This document shows positions 19,478-29,568 of a stretch of 64,000 nt of DNA, piece after piece (positions within the stretch are counted from its first letter, which is position 1; each line of letters opens with the position of its first letter). The position numbers were made by a program, and so were the translations under genes. The stretch spans positions 101,634 through 165,633 of IMG/VR virus record IMGVR_UViG_3300043823_000198. One strand, given 5' to 3'. The notes below the pieces were generated by a model. That model was not told the DNA's origin. It made no database searches and saw nothing but the letters and a program-made list of their open reading frames with translations. The DNA comes from a virus.

Positions 19478-19722
19478 AGGTGTTAAAATTCTATGCTGAC
19501 TGGTGTGGACCATGTAAAGCATTAAGTTCTACAATTGAGCAACATTATAAAGGTAATGTTCCAATTGAAAATATTAATATTGACACTGATCAAGAAACTG
19601 CTGTTACATATGGTATTCGTGGTGTTCCTACTTGTATTTTGATTGATGAACATGGCTCTGAAGTACGTCGTAAAAGTGGTGCTATGATGATAGATCAATT
19701 CGAAAAATTTATTAAAGGATAA
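19474..19722 (+). CDS. thioredoxin
   Basis: WCGPC, YGIRGVPT. Confidence 0.9.
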   Translation: MKVLKFYADWCGPCKALSSTIEQHYKGNVPIENINIDTDQETAVTYGIRGVPTCILIDEHGSEVRRKSGAMMIDQFEKFIKG

Positions 19723-19725
19723 AAC

Positions 19726-20793
19726 ATGAGTATTCTAGATAAACTTAAAAAGAATTCTACCATTAAAGATACAAGCATCCTTTCTGGTTCTAAATTCTTT
19801 ACTAAGAAAGATATGATTCCAACTACGATTCCTGTTATCAATGTTGCTCTTTCTGGTCGATTAGATGGTGGTTTAACTCCTGGTCTTACAATGTGGGCTG
19901 GTCCAAGTAAACATTTTAAAACCGCATTTTCTTTGTTAATGGCTAAAGCATATCTGGACAAATATCATGATGGTGTTGTTTTGTTTTATGATAGTGAGTT
20001 TGGTACTCCTCAGTCCTATTTTGATTCTTTCGGTATTGATACTGATCGAGTTATTCATACACCAATAACTGATATTGAACAGTTAAAGTTTGATATAATG
20101 AAACAGATTGAAGGTATTGAACGTGGCGATCATGTCATTGTTGTTATTGACTCAATTGGTAATTTGGCTTCAAAGAAAGAAGTTGAAGATGCTCTTGAAG
20201 GTAAATCTGCTGCAGACATGACTCGTGCCAAACAGTTGAAATCTTTGTTTCGTATGATCACACCCCATCTTACACTTAAAGATATTCCATGCGTAGTTGT
20301 TAATCATACGTATATGGAAATTGGAATGTTTCCTAAAGCCATTGTTGGTGGTGGTACTGGCGCATATTATTCTGCAGACAATATTTTTATCCTCGGTCGT
20401 CAGCAAGAGAAAGAAGGTACTGAAATCGTAGGATATAATTTTATTATCAATGTAGAAAAATCTCGTTATGTCAAAGAAAAATCTAAAATCCCTGTTAGCG
20501 TATCTTTTGATGGTGGTATCAGCCGTTGGTCTGGTTTACTTGATATCGCTCTCGAATCTGGACATGTAATCAAGCCATCAAACGGATGGTATTCTAAGGT
20601 CAACAAAGATACTGGTGAAGTAGAAGATAGGAAGTATCGTATTAAAGATACAGATAATAAAGAATTTTGGATGTCAATTCTTACAACTAAATCTTTTAAT
20701 GACTTTGTAAAGTCCAAATATTCAATTGGGCAGGGAGAAGCAATCATGCGCGATGATGTAGATGTTGCACTTGAGGCTCTCGAAGATGAGTGA
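19726..20793 (+). CDS. uvsX: RecA-like recombinase UvsX
   Basis: GPSKHFKT, YDSEFG, DSIGNLASKKE, VVNHTY. Confidence 0.95.
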   Translation: MSILDKLKKNSTIKDTSILSGSKFFTKKDMIPTTIPVINVALSGRLDGGLTPGLTMWAGPSKHFKTAFSLLMAKAYLDKYHDGVVLFYDSEFGTPQSYFDSFGIDTDRVIHTPITDIEQLKFDIMKQIEGIERGDHVIVVIDSIGNLASKKEVEDALEGKSAADMTRAKQLKSLFRMITPHLTLKDIPCVVVNHTYMEIGMFPKAIVGGGTGAYYSADNIFILGRQQEKEGTEIVGYNFIINVEKSRYVKEKSKIPVSVSFDGGISRWSGLLDIALESGHVIKPSNGWYSKVNKDTGEVEDRKYRIKDTDNKEFWMSILTTKSFNDFVKSKYSIGQGEAIMRDDVDVALEALEDE

Positions 20794-21115
20794 TCATTTA
20801 GCATCTCCTCCTTTTATTGCAGTTGAAAATCGCAAAACAGGTACAGTTGCTTTAAAGTTGATATCTGGACCATATGAGGGTATAATATTTTCATATGGTA
20901 AGGTTGACTTTAACGAACAAGATGATACCTGTAAAATGCATTTTGAATATGATGTTCATGAAAACCCAATGGTATATGATCAAAAAGAATTTGAAAATTA
21001 TCTTGGCGATTTATTAGTATTCATAATTGCTGACCAATTGCAGAAGAACGAAATTATTTACACTGGCGGAATTGATGAGAATAGAAACGAAGATTCTAAG
21101 CAATCTGATATATGA
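20786..21115 (+). CDS. gp40-like protein
   Basis: position between uvsX and gp41; GPYEGIIFSYGKV. Confidence 0.55.
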   Translation: MSDHLASPPFIAVENRKTGTVALKLISGPYEGIIFSYGKVDFNEQDDTCKMHFEYDVHENPMVYDQKEFENYLGDLLVFIIADQLQKNEIIYTGGIDENRNEDSKQSDI

Positions 21116-22469
21116 TGAGCAGTACTGTAGAAAAGTTATTCCATTTATCAAGAACGAATACTTTTCGGACAGGAAAGAAGCAATTCTTTCAAAGATAATT
21201 ACTGACTTTTTTACGAAGTATAATAAACCACTAACAAAAGAAATCCTTTCGATTGAAGTTGGTAATAGAACTGACATAAACAACAAAGAACTTACAGAAT
21301 TAAACACATACATTGACACACTGACCCATGAAGAAGTTAATGATTCATGGATGATTGAGCAAACTGAAAAGTTTTGTAAAGATAAGGCAGTATATAATGC
21401 AATTCTACACTCAATTAAAATCATCGATGGAGGAGATAAGATACACACCAAGGATTCAATTCCTTCTATCCTCTCTGACGCTCTTGCCGTTTCTTTTGAT
21501 AGCCATGTTGGCCATGATTACCTCGAAGACAGTAACTCTCGTTACGAATTTTACCATAGGGTTGAAGAAAAAATTGCTTTCGATTTGGACATGTTCAACA
21601 AGATTACTAAGGGTGGTCTTTCAAAGAAAACATTGAACATTGCTTTGGCTGGTACTGGAGTTGGTAAGTCTTTGTTTATGTGTCATGTTGGCGCATCTGT
21701 TCTGATTCAGGGAAAGAATGTTCTGTATATTACAATGGAAATGGCTGAGGAACGTATCGCTGAACGTATCGACGCAAACCTTTTGAATCTAACAATGGAT
21801 GAGTTGAAGGTTATCGACAAAGATATTTTCGACAGTCGTCTTCAAAAGATTTCCAAGAAAACGCAAGGTAAATTAATTGTCAAGGAGTATCCGACTGCTG
21901 GCGCTCATGCTGGACACTTCCGTGCTTTGCTTGAAGAACTTAAACTTAAGCGTGAATTTACTCCAGATATTATCTTTATCGACTATCTTAACATCTGTGC
22001 CAGCCATCGTATGAAACAGGGAGCCAATGTAAACTCTTATACATATATTAAGAGTATCGCTGAAGAGTTGCGTGGTTTGGCTGTTGAATATAATGTTCCA
22101 ATTGTTTCTGCCACACAAACAACCCGAAGCGGATACACTAATAGCGATCCAGGACTTGAAGATACTTCAGAGTCTTTTGGGTTACCAGCCACGGCTGACT
22201 TTATGTTTGCGTTAGTTTCAAATGAAGAACTCGAAGCGTTGAACCAGATTATTGTTAAACAGTTGAAGAATCGTTACAATGATCCAAGTTTTTATAAGCG
22301 TTTCGTTGTTGGGATTGATAGATCCAAAATGCGATTATATGATGTTGAAGCATCTGCTCAGGTAGGATTGGCTGATTCTGGTCAAGAAAAACCTGATGTT
22401 CCTATGTTTGATAAGAGCGAATTTGGTAAACGTCAAAGGTCAGAAGGCTTCGATGGGTTTAAGTTTTAG
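21075..22469 (+). CDS. gp41: replicative helicase (T4 gp41)
   Basis: GTGVGKS, TMEMAEERIAERIDAN, IDYLNIC, SATQTTR, KQLKNRY. Confidence 0.95.
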   Translation: MRIETKILSNLIYDEQYCRKVIPFIKNEYFSDRKEAILSKIITDFFTKYNKPLTKEILSIEVGNRTDINNKELTELNTYIDTLTHEEVNDSWMIEQTEKFCKDKAVYNAILHSIKIIDGGDKIHTKDSIPSILSDALAVSFDSHVGHDYLEDSNSRYEFYHRVEEKIAFDLDMFNKITKGGLSKKTLNIALAGTGVGKSLFMCHVGASVLIQGKNVLYITMEMAEERIAERIDANLLNLTMDELKVIDKDIFDSRLQKISKKTQGKLIVKEYPTAGAHAGHFRALLEELKLKREFTPDIIFIDYLNICASHRMKQGANVNSYTYIKSIAEELRGLAVEYNVPIVSATQTTRSGYTNSDPGLEDTSESFGLPATADFMFALVSNEELEALNQIIVKQLKNRYNDPSFYKRFVVGIDRSKMRLYDVEASAQVGLADSGQEKPDVPMFDKSEFGKRQRSEGFDGFKF

Positions 22470-22478
22470 GAGAAAGAT

Positions 22479-23849
22479 ATGGTAAAAGTAATTGTAGCTG
22501 AAAAGAAAATTGATTGTTCACATCTGTTGGGTAAATTCTTAGACGAAAGTCATTACGACATTTTGGTAGAGGAAGATGCTGACGTTTATATGCCAGCAAC
22601 TTGCGATATCGCAACTCAAGCTACTTGCGAGTTGAATAAAGATTGTGCATCATGCTCCAAGGGTACTGATGAATTGCGCATCGCTTTCAAATTCCGCAAG
22701 AACTACTTTAGTAAAGAGCAACAAGACGCAGCGTATCTTGGTCTAAGAGAAGCTGCAGGTAGAACTGAGAATCGTGGACTTGCCTCTGGTATTAAAGATG
22801 GTGTTCTTGCTACTTCCGAAGGACGTGAGTGGGTTACCAATTATCAAGACGAGATGATGCAGATGATTCTTAAAAACCGTGACGCTGCTATTACTGGTTT
22901 GGATGAAGACGTCATAGACACTATTCGTGGTAAATATCCTACAGAAACTGATAAGAAGATGGCTGGTGGCGACGGTAAAAACAACGTCTGGGTTATCTCT
23001 CGTTTCCGTGGTAAGTTTGACTTTGAACAATGGCTTGATTCTATCAAACCTTTGAGTCGCGAAGAACGAGCAAAGGCAACTGAAGAAGTTATGAAGATGG
23101 TTAGTACAACTACTTACGGTAACGCAGTTAACTCTGGTATCGCTGGATGGTTTGACCGCTACCCACGTATTCCTTATGGACGTGCGACTTCTTATACTCG
23201 AGATAACTTTGATAAGTTTAAGATGGCTTACCCGTTCCTTCAAACACTTGCCAAAGGTTTCAAGGATCTGTTACCATGGCGCTATAATAACCAAATGGAA
23301 GCTGCCAAGAAAGTTGATCCACGTTACTTGGTTCCAGAAACACCATTCACAACTATCACTGTAAATAAAACTTTCCGTACAGCGGCACACTTTGACGCAG
23401 GTGATTTACATACTGGTTTGTCTAACCTTCTAGTTCTATCTAACAATGGTAACTACAAAGGTGGGTATCTTATCGCACCTGAGTACCGTGTTGCAGTCAA
23501 CGTTCGTCCTGGCGATTTGCTATTGATTAACAACCACGAAGTTATGCACGGTAACACTCCAATTGAATTGTTGGACGAGGAAGCTGAGCGTGTGTCGTTG
23601 GTTTGTTATTTCCGTGAGAAGATGTTGGAACTTGGTTCTTATGAATATGAAGAATGTCGTTACAACTTTGTTGAGAAACGCAGACTGAACAAAGAACACC
23701 CAATGTGGAAACATTTATGGAATGGTGTTTCTGAAGGTATGTGGGAAACAAAAGAGTGGTATGATTATCTTGAAGAACAGCTTGGTCGCGATGTTCTTGT
23801 TAAGTATCATCCAAAGGCAAACGCAGGTTCTCTTGAAGGATTTTTCTGA
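22479..23849 (+). CDS. TET/JBP-family 2OG-Fe(II) dioxygenase
   Basis: PFTTITVNKTFRTAAHFDAGD (HxD), GGYLIAPEY, PGDLLL, MHGNT (H), RVSLVCYFREKM (R). Confidence 0.8.
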   Translation: MVKVIVAEKKIDCSHLLGKFLDESHYDILVEEDADVYMPATCDIATQATCELNKDCASCSKGTDELRIAFKFRKNYFSKEQQDAAYLGLREAAGRTENRGLASGIKDGVLATSEGREWVTNYQDEMMQMILKNRDAAITGLDEDVIDTIRGKYPTETDKKMAGGDGKNNVWVISRFRGKFDFEQWLDSIKPLSREERAKATEEVMKMVSTTTYGNAVNSGIAGWFDRYPRIPYGRATSYTRDNFDKFKMAYPFLQTLAKGFKDLLPWRYNNQMEAAKKVDPRYLVPETPFTTITVNKTFRTAAHFDAGDLHTGLSNLLVLSNNGNYKGGYLIAPEYRVAVNVRPGDLLLINNHEVMHGNTPIELLDEEAERVSLVCYFREKMLELGSYEYEECRYNFVEKRRLNKEHPMWKHLWNGVSEGMWETKEWYDYLEEQLGRDVLVKYHPKANAGSLEGFF

Positions 23850-24235
23850 TGACTCCTAATAATTCTGTTACCATTTCCTCCTCAACGTATGATATTACCA
23901 GCAACGGAACAGTATCAATAACAACACCATTGACTGTTAACAGTTTGATTGAAGACATTCTAGATCAATATGAACTAAACGAAATGCTTGTGGAGCATCG
24001 TGTTCAAGAGCAAGAAATGTTAAAATTGAAAGAACAAAATGTTGATTTTGCAGAGATAATCAAGGAAAATATTTCTAAGAATATGGCTAGACAAATTATT
24101 AAAAAGATATCTTTTACAAAGAAGTATGAGGTAGACTCTGATGTTCATTCTTACCGTGGACGCTGCTGGGTATTCAATAAAGAAGAACTTATTCAATTTA
24201 TAAAAGACAGTTGGAGTAAGGCTGGCCATGTTTGA
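23849..24235 (+). CDS. hypothetical protein
   Basis: coupled ORF. Confidence 0.55.
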   Translation: MTPNNSVTISSSTYDITSNGTVSITTPLTVNSLIEDILDQYELNEMLVEHRVQEQEMLKLKEQNVDFAEIIKENISKNMARQIIKKISFTKKYEVDSDVHSYRGRCWVFNKEELIQFIKDSWSKAGHV

Positions 24236-24572
24236 TAAATTCGGTGTTGTTGATAAGATGACCTTGGGAAAAACAACAAGAGAAGTCATTACACGTAAAA
24301 TTGTTTTCTCGGATTCTATTACGATTAATAATTATCTAGAAGGCAAACCACTGTTGTTTGCTTCTCCAAATCCAAGTATTGTAGGATACTACATAGAAGA
24401 CAAACACCTATACATTATCTTATCATATGCTTCATTGGAAGATCTTATGAATTGGATCTCAGGAAATAATGTAAATATTCTTTTGGTGCATGTTAAAGAA
24501 ATTGTTGACCGTTGTAAAGTCTTGGTTAACACAGAAGTTTTTGAAAATCCTAACTTAGAGGAAGTATTATGA
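24228..24572 (+). CDS. hypothetical protein
   Basis: coupled ORF. Confidence 0.55.
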   Translation: MFDKFGVVDKMTLGKTTREVITRKIVFSDSITINNYLEGKPLLFASPNPSIVGYYIEDKHLYIILSYASLEDLMNWISGNNVNILLVHVKEIVDRCKVLVNTEVFENPNLEEVL

Positions 24573-25918
24573 AAATTATGATGGTAATGCATACCTTCAA
24601 TAACTTTGGTGGTATTATTAATCACTGCGAGCATTTGATGGCTGGTTTGAAAGAACTTGGTCATGAAGTAACCTTCGCATATCTTAAACCAAATAAGCAG
24701 GTTAAAGCTGTAGAGATTCCAACAACTTTAGCAGAAGGCTATGAGATTGGCGTTGGTTCTGGATATCCTGTTCATCAGGGCGACGGATGGATTGCACCAT
24801 ATTACTCCTACAAAGTTAAAGAGTCTATTGATCAGTTTGTTAAAGATGCCAATGAACATGACCTAGTAATATGGCAGTCTATTTTTGGATTTAAAAACAA
24901 AGATACTGAGCAAGATCTTGGATGGCTCCCAATGATCGAGGACGTAACAACTACTCAGGTTCCAATTATTCATGACGCAAACCTAAAGAAGTTGTATCCT
25001 TGGATCAAGTTGTTTGAGCATAAGTTTGCTGGTCTTGCTTGTGTGCATCCAGCTGCATATGAATCAGCTGATTTTATGAATGTTCCACGTGCATTGATTT
25101 TGAATCCTCAAGACATTGCTGGCGTTCCTGATACTCCACCTTTTGCAAATCGTGAGAACAAACTTCTATCGATCCAAACCTTCAAGCGTTGGAAGCGTGT
25201 CGATGATTTAATTCGTGCCGTTCCGTACATGAAAGATGTTAAAACCCTTGTCGGTGGATATGGTATTGAGGCAGCTTATATGATGTCTAAAGACAAGTGT
25301 AAAGAAGAATATTTTGCAACTAAAGAATACGATCCTGACGTAACATCAGACAGAGAAGGTAAACGTATCTGGGAGAATGCCGAGAACTCAGGTAATTTTG
25401 AATATCTTGGCTTTATTTCAGGAGCAAAACGTGATGAGATTCTGGCCACTTCTAAATTTTTGGTTGATCCAAGCTGGTCTAATACTTTCGGGGAACACTT
25501 CAACAGAGTTGTTATTGATGCTATGCGTATTGGCACTGTTCCAATTGCTATCAATTTTGGTGTATCCAATAATGAAGAAGGTAATGGGGTTGTCCTAAAG
25601 GCAGGTGTAAACTATTGCATGATCAAGAAGGGATCCACTCCAAAGCAGTACGGAGAAGCGATTGCTAACTTTTGCAATATGCCAGAAGATGAGTACAGAC
25701 AGATTCAGCTAAATAACTATGAACTGATCAAACAGTTCGACAGGAAAGTTATTGCTCAGCACTATATTGAGTTGGCGCAACAAACTCCTACAGGTTATCT
25801 AAAAGAGCTGAAAACAAAATCTAACCACAATCCAAAATTACAGAAAATTGCAAGGGATATGTTCGATGATCACTTCCAAGTTAAAGAAGATTTTGATATG
25901 GAATCTTTATTTGGGTAA
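24569..25918 (+). CDS. GT-B fold glycosyltransferase (alpha-glucosyltransferase-like)
   Basis: FGGIINH..LKELGHEV, FKRWKRVDDLIRA, YLGFI, EHFNRVVIDAMRIGTVP. Confidence 0.8.
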   Translation: MKIMMVMHTFNNFGGIINHCEHLMAGLKELGHEVTFAYLKPNKQVKAVEIPTTLAEGYEIGVGSGYPVHQGDGWIAPYYSYKVKESIDQFVKDANEHDLVIWQSIFGFKNKDTEQDLGWLPMIEDVTTTQVPIIHDANLKKLYPWIKLFEHKFAGLACVHPAAYESADFMNVPRALILNPQDIAGVPDTPPFANRENKLLSIQTFKRWKRVDDLIRAVPYMKDVKTLVGGYGIEAAYMMSKDKCKEEYFATKEYDPDVTSDREGKRIWENAENSGNFEYLGFISGAKRDEILATSKFLVDPSWSNTFGEHFNRVVIDAMRIGTVPIAINFGVSNNEEGNGVVLKAGVNYCMIKKGSTPKQYGEAIANFCNMPEDEYRQIQLNNYELIKQFDRKVIAQHYIELAQQTPTGYLKELKTKSNHNPKLQKIARDMFDDHFQVKEDFDMESLFG

Positions 25919-25921
25919 TGT

Positions 25922-26617
25922 ATGAACTACATTCAAAGTTTAGATTTCGATTTTGTTGATATGCTAAACTTTGATGAACGTCCGTTCAGGGCAAAATTCG
26001 TTCCATCTAAAATTTGGAACGATCTGGATAAATATAAAAACGACGCCACTGGCTTGAGGAATTACTTCAAGAAGTGGCGTTTCAGCATTAGATTTTTAGT
26101 TGAAAAGAAACCAATTAAGAGTTTACTTATTGGTGGTGGATATTATACAGAAGAAGGTAGATCTGAGATAGACATCTGGAATAGCCCAGATACTTCTTAT
26201 GATACATATAAATTTACAGATAAATCTTGGGATAGATTTAAGTTTAGATGCATTCAGGTGGCTATGCATGAACTTATCCACTGTAAACAATATTATGGTA
26301 AACCAGAAGAATACAATGCTACAAAGGTGTATTACAAGAAAACTGGTAAGGCTCAGCTAGATAATACTAGAGATTATCATGCAGGCAGAGATGAAATAGA
26401 AGCATATGCTCACTGCATTTATCTGGACTTTAAAATGAAAAGACCAACCATTCCAGTGTCAACCCTGATTCGATATGCCAAAACATATAAGGTGTCGAAA
26501 AACCTCAATGGAATTCAAAGGGTCTTTAAGACTGACAAGTACAACGAAGTCATTCCACTTCTTCTTAGAAAAATTTTAGTCTGGGAACGTAGATACACAA
26601 ACCTAAATATAGTATAA
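25922..26617 (+). CDS. hypothetical protein with zincin-like HExxH motif
   Basis: AMHELIHCKQ followed by DEIEAYA. Confidence 0.55.
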   Translation: MNYIQSLDFDFVDMLNFDERPFRAKFVPSKIWNDLDKYKNDATGLRNYFKKWRFSIRFLVEKKPIKSLLIGGGYYTEEGRSEIDIWNSPDTSYDTYKFTDKSWDRFKFRCIQVAMHELIHCKQYYGKPEEYNATKVYYKKTGKAQLDNTRDYHAGRDEIEAYAHCIYLDFKMKRPTIPVSTLIRYAKTYKVSKNLNGIQRVFKTDKYNEVIPLLLRKILVWERRYTNLNIV

Positions 26618-26640
26618 TATATTAAAAGTTTGAGGGTTCT

Positions 26641-27717
26641 ATGGCTGGGCAGGTTAAAAATAAACAATTGATTCCAACTGCATTCGGTTTAGCCGACGGC
26701 AGTGAGATCACACTTGACGCACTTACTGATGCTGTTAAGAAAAAGGTAAAGTCGATTGGTCTTACACCTGCTGTTCAAGAAGTTTGCATGCATTTGTATA
26801 ACCATGCTTTAGATGGTAAGGATACATTCACTGCGAACCCTATGACTCTTAGTAAAGAGGATTATAACATCGTAATTAAAGACTTCGGTGAAATCACTGG
26901 AGCTGCATGGCTTTTGACTGCTCATGCTAAGAAGTATAAGTCTGTAAAATTTCCAATCGGTAACGAGAAACTGATTGACTATGTTCTAGTAACGAATCAG
27001 AAGTTAGAGGAAAAGTTTTCAGCCAAAGCTGGTCAGGGCGGTAAACCTTCCATCACTTCTCTGATGCCAGTTATTGAAGAACTCATTAGAACCAAAGGAT
27101 CTACGTTAGATATTAAGTTGGCCAAACCATCATGGGTAATTTATCACTTATCAACTGAAGAGAAGAATGGTCTTTACTGGGGTCCACTGAAAGCTGCCCA
27201 GTACTTGGATAGTCCAGGATGGAAGGCGCTGACTAAACTTCTAAAGAATAAAGAGCTCAAGACAGGGTATGTCTCTGGGCTTCCAACACAACAGCAGATG
27301 GAAACAGCAGTTGTTAACATGGGTACTTACGAGAAACTTCGCATATATGCAAAGGAGTTCTATGACGCCACTGGTTATAGCAACACCATCAACGTTGAAG
27401 TTTCGAAGCGTATTATGGGTAAGAATTATGACCGTGTAAGATATGGTCTGTTACACTATCCAATAACAGCCGAAATGGTTAAGTGGTTAAATACACCAGC
27501 AAACAATGCACAAACCCTTCTGAACATGACTGCTAATACCCTTAACATTCAACAGGTCTATATGGACTTAAAGGGTACTTCTATTGTTTATAGCGTAAAG
27601 GCATTCTCAGACGCTGAATTTAAGTTTGGATCGCCATCCAGCGCACCTTACCCAACCAACAACCGTATGGGATTTACAATGAATAAGTCCCCTATGCCGA
27701 TCTCTAAGATCAAATAA
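26641..27717 (+). CDS. hypothetical protein, possible PD-(D/E)xK nuclease fold
   Basis: DFGEI, LIDYVL..KFSAK; CTAAATA late-like motif upstream. Confidence 0.45.
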   Translation: MAGQVKNKQLIPTAFGLADGSEITLDALTDAVKKKVKSIGLTPAVQEVCMHLYNHALDGKDTFTANPMTLSKEDYNIVIKDFGEITGAAWLLTAHAKKYKSVKFPIGNEKLIDYVLVTNQKLEEKFSAKAGQGGKPSITSLMPVIEELIRTKGSTLDIKLAKPSWVIYHLSTEEKNGLYWGPLKAAQYLDSPGWKALTKLLKNKELKTGYVSGLPTQQQMETAVVNMGTYEKLRIYAKEFYDATGYSNTINVEVSKRIMGKNYDRVRYGLLHYPITAEMVKWLNTPANNAQTLLNMTANTLNIQQVYMDLKGTSIVYSVKAFSDAEFKFGSPSSAPYPTNNRMGFTMNKSPMPISKIK

Positions 27718-27718
27718 A

Positions 27719-27726
27719 TATAAATA
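27719..27726 (+). promoter_or_regulatory. T4-type late promoter
   Basis: TATAAATA. Confidence 0.7.
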
Positions 27727-27754
27727 ATACTATACTATTTGTAGATGGATAAAC

Positions 27755-29119
27755 ATGAAAGAATATAGACAACTATTAAGAGAACTACCAACCAAAACAA
27801 TCGTACTCGCCTGTGGAAAGTTTAATCCACCGTCAAGAGAGCATGAACTGTTGGTAAAATCTGTCAAAAAACTCGCCGAACAAAAAGGCGCAGATCACAT
27901 AATCTACGCATCAGCTGCATGCGATAAAAGAAATCCACTACTTCCTAGTAAAAAGTTCCATTACCTTAACTTAGTTTTTCCAAATACAAATTTTGTCGAG
28001 AATGCGGATACAACTCATAACCTCGTAAGAAAACTAAAAGAAAGTTACAAAAATATAATTCTTGTAACAAGCGAAGAAAAAAATAATACATTTAGACGCC
28101 TTGGTATTGAAGTAGTTTCTGCCTGTGATAAAGATCCAGATGCAGATGACAAACTCCGCAATTATGCCACCAAAGGATTGTATGAAGAATTTAAAAATAA
28201 TTTACCATCATCAATTCGTGATATAGATTCGCGTAGATTGATGAATGATATAAGGATTGGTTCTGGATTAGAGCCAATTAAAGAAGAACTTAACTTGGTA
28301 AAAGACGAAATGAGAGAAAAATATTTCCGTGGAGAAATCTTCAGTGTAGGCGAGATCGTAGAGTCTGATGGTAAGAAACTTGAAATTGTCAAACGTGGCT
28401 CTAATCATCTTCTTCTTAAAGAACACAGCGGTAAATTAATTACTAAGTGGATTCATAATGTTAAACCTATAAAAGAATCTATGAAAACAAAAATGACTGT
28501 CTCTGATAAAATTAAAAAACAATCAATTGTTGAGATTACTGAAGAACATGATGATCATTATAACAATGCTCAAATGCATAAAAATAATGCAGAAAAGGCA
28601 AAGGCAAGAAATAACATAGGTTCTTATCATTCTCATATGGTCAATCATCATGATGAATTGGGCAAATGGCATGCCGCTAAAGGACGTCATTCTTCTGCTG
28701 ATAGAGAATATGAAAAAGCTGAAAAACATCATGACGAATTCTTAAAGCATCCATACATTGCTGAAGAGATGGAGATGAATGGTAAGAGTGGAGTTGAACA
28801 TCACAAAGACCATAAGATTGTGCACCATGGCCATGATGTTCAAATTAAAATAGAAAAGAAACACCATGGTAAGATTAAGGCATTGAATCATGGAGAACGC
28901 CATACATTTAAAGATCAAAATGATAATCACTGGATGGCAGTTAAGAGCGGAGAACGCATTCACTTTGTTCCACATAGTGTAGATACTCAGACTATGTCTA
29001 ATATGTCGTTCCATATTCACCAGAACGAATTCTCTGGAGACAATGGACCAGAGTCTGCTCCACCTGCCGATGGTCATCAACCATACGATCCATTTTCTAG
29101 TGTAGGGAATTTACCATAA
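27755..29119 (+). CDS. degenerate cytidyltransferase-like domain plus His-rich modules
   Basis: CGKFNPPSREHELL, NPL..KKFHYL..FP, REKYFRGEIF; His-rich C-terminus. Confidence 0.65.
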   Translation: MKEYRQLLRELPTKTIVLACGKFNPPSREHELLVKSVKKLAEQKGADHIIYASAACDKRNPLLPSKKFHYLNLVFPNTNFVENADTTHNLVRKLKESYKNIILVTSEEKNNTFRRLGIEVVSACDKDPDADDKLRNYATKGLYEEFKNNLPSSIRDIDSRRLMNDIRIGSGLEPIKEELNLVKDEMREKYFRGEIFSVGEIVESDGKKLEIVKRGSNHLLLKEHSGKLITKWIHNVKPIKESMKTKMTVSDKIKKQSIVEITEEHDDHYNNAQMHKNNAEKAKARNNIGSYHSHMVNHHDELGKWHAAKGRHSSADREYEKAEKHHDEFLKHPYIAEEMEMNGKSGVEHHKDHKIVHHGHDVQIKIEKKHHGKIKALNHGERHTFKDQNDNHWMAVKSGERIHFVPHSVDTQTMSNMSFHIHQNEFSGDNGPESAPPADGHQPYDPFSSVGNLP

Positions 29120-29565
29120 TGGAAGAATTAACAACTGCAATTAAAGTGTTGCTTGCAAATGCAACAGTTATGTATTATAAGACTCATCAATTCCACTGGA
29201 ATGTTGAGGGTATTTTATTTACACAATATCATGCATTTTTTGAAGAAATGTATTTAGATGTTTATAACTCTATAGATCCAACTGCAGAATTTTTAAGAAA
29301 ATTTGATGAATATGCGCCTGTAAGTATCGACGAGCTGTACAAGTATAAAACAATTGAAGAAGAGTCTGAAAGAAAAATACTACTTTCAGACATTCTTGCA
29401 AGTTTAATTGCTGCAAATCAAGAAGTCCTTAACAGCCTAAATAAAGTATTCGATATAGCAAATAAACAAAAACAACAGGGCGTTTGTAACTTTGTTGCAG
29501 ATAGAATAGACACTCACCAGAAACATGGTTGGTGGTTAAAGTCATCAGCAAAGAAAATAGGATAA
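29119..29565 (+). CDS. dps: Dps / ferritin-like DNA-protecting protein
   Basis: KTHQFHWNVEG..FTQYHAFFEEMY..DPTAE, HQKHGWWLKS. Confidence 0.9.
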   Translation: MEELTTAIKVLLANATVMYYKTHQFHWNVEGILFTQYHAFFEEMYLDVYNSIDPTAEFLRKFDEYAPVSIDELYKYKTIEEESERKILLSDILASLIAANQEVLNSLNKVFDIANKQKQQGVCNFVADRIDTHQKHGWWLKSSAKKIG

Positions 29566-29568
29566 CCA

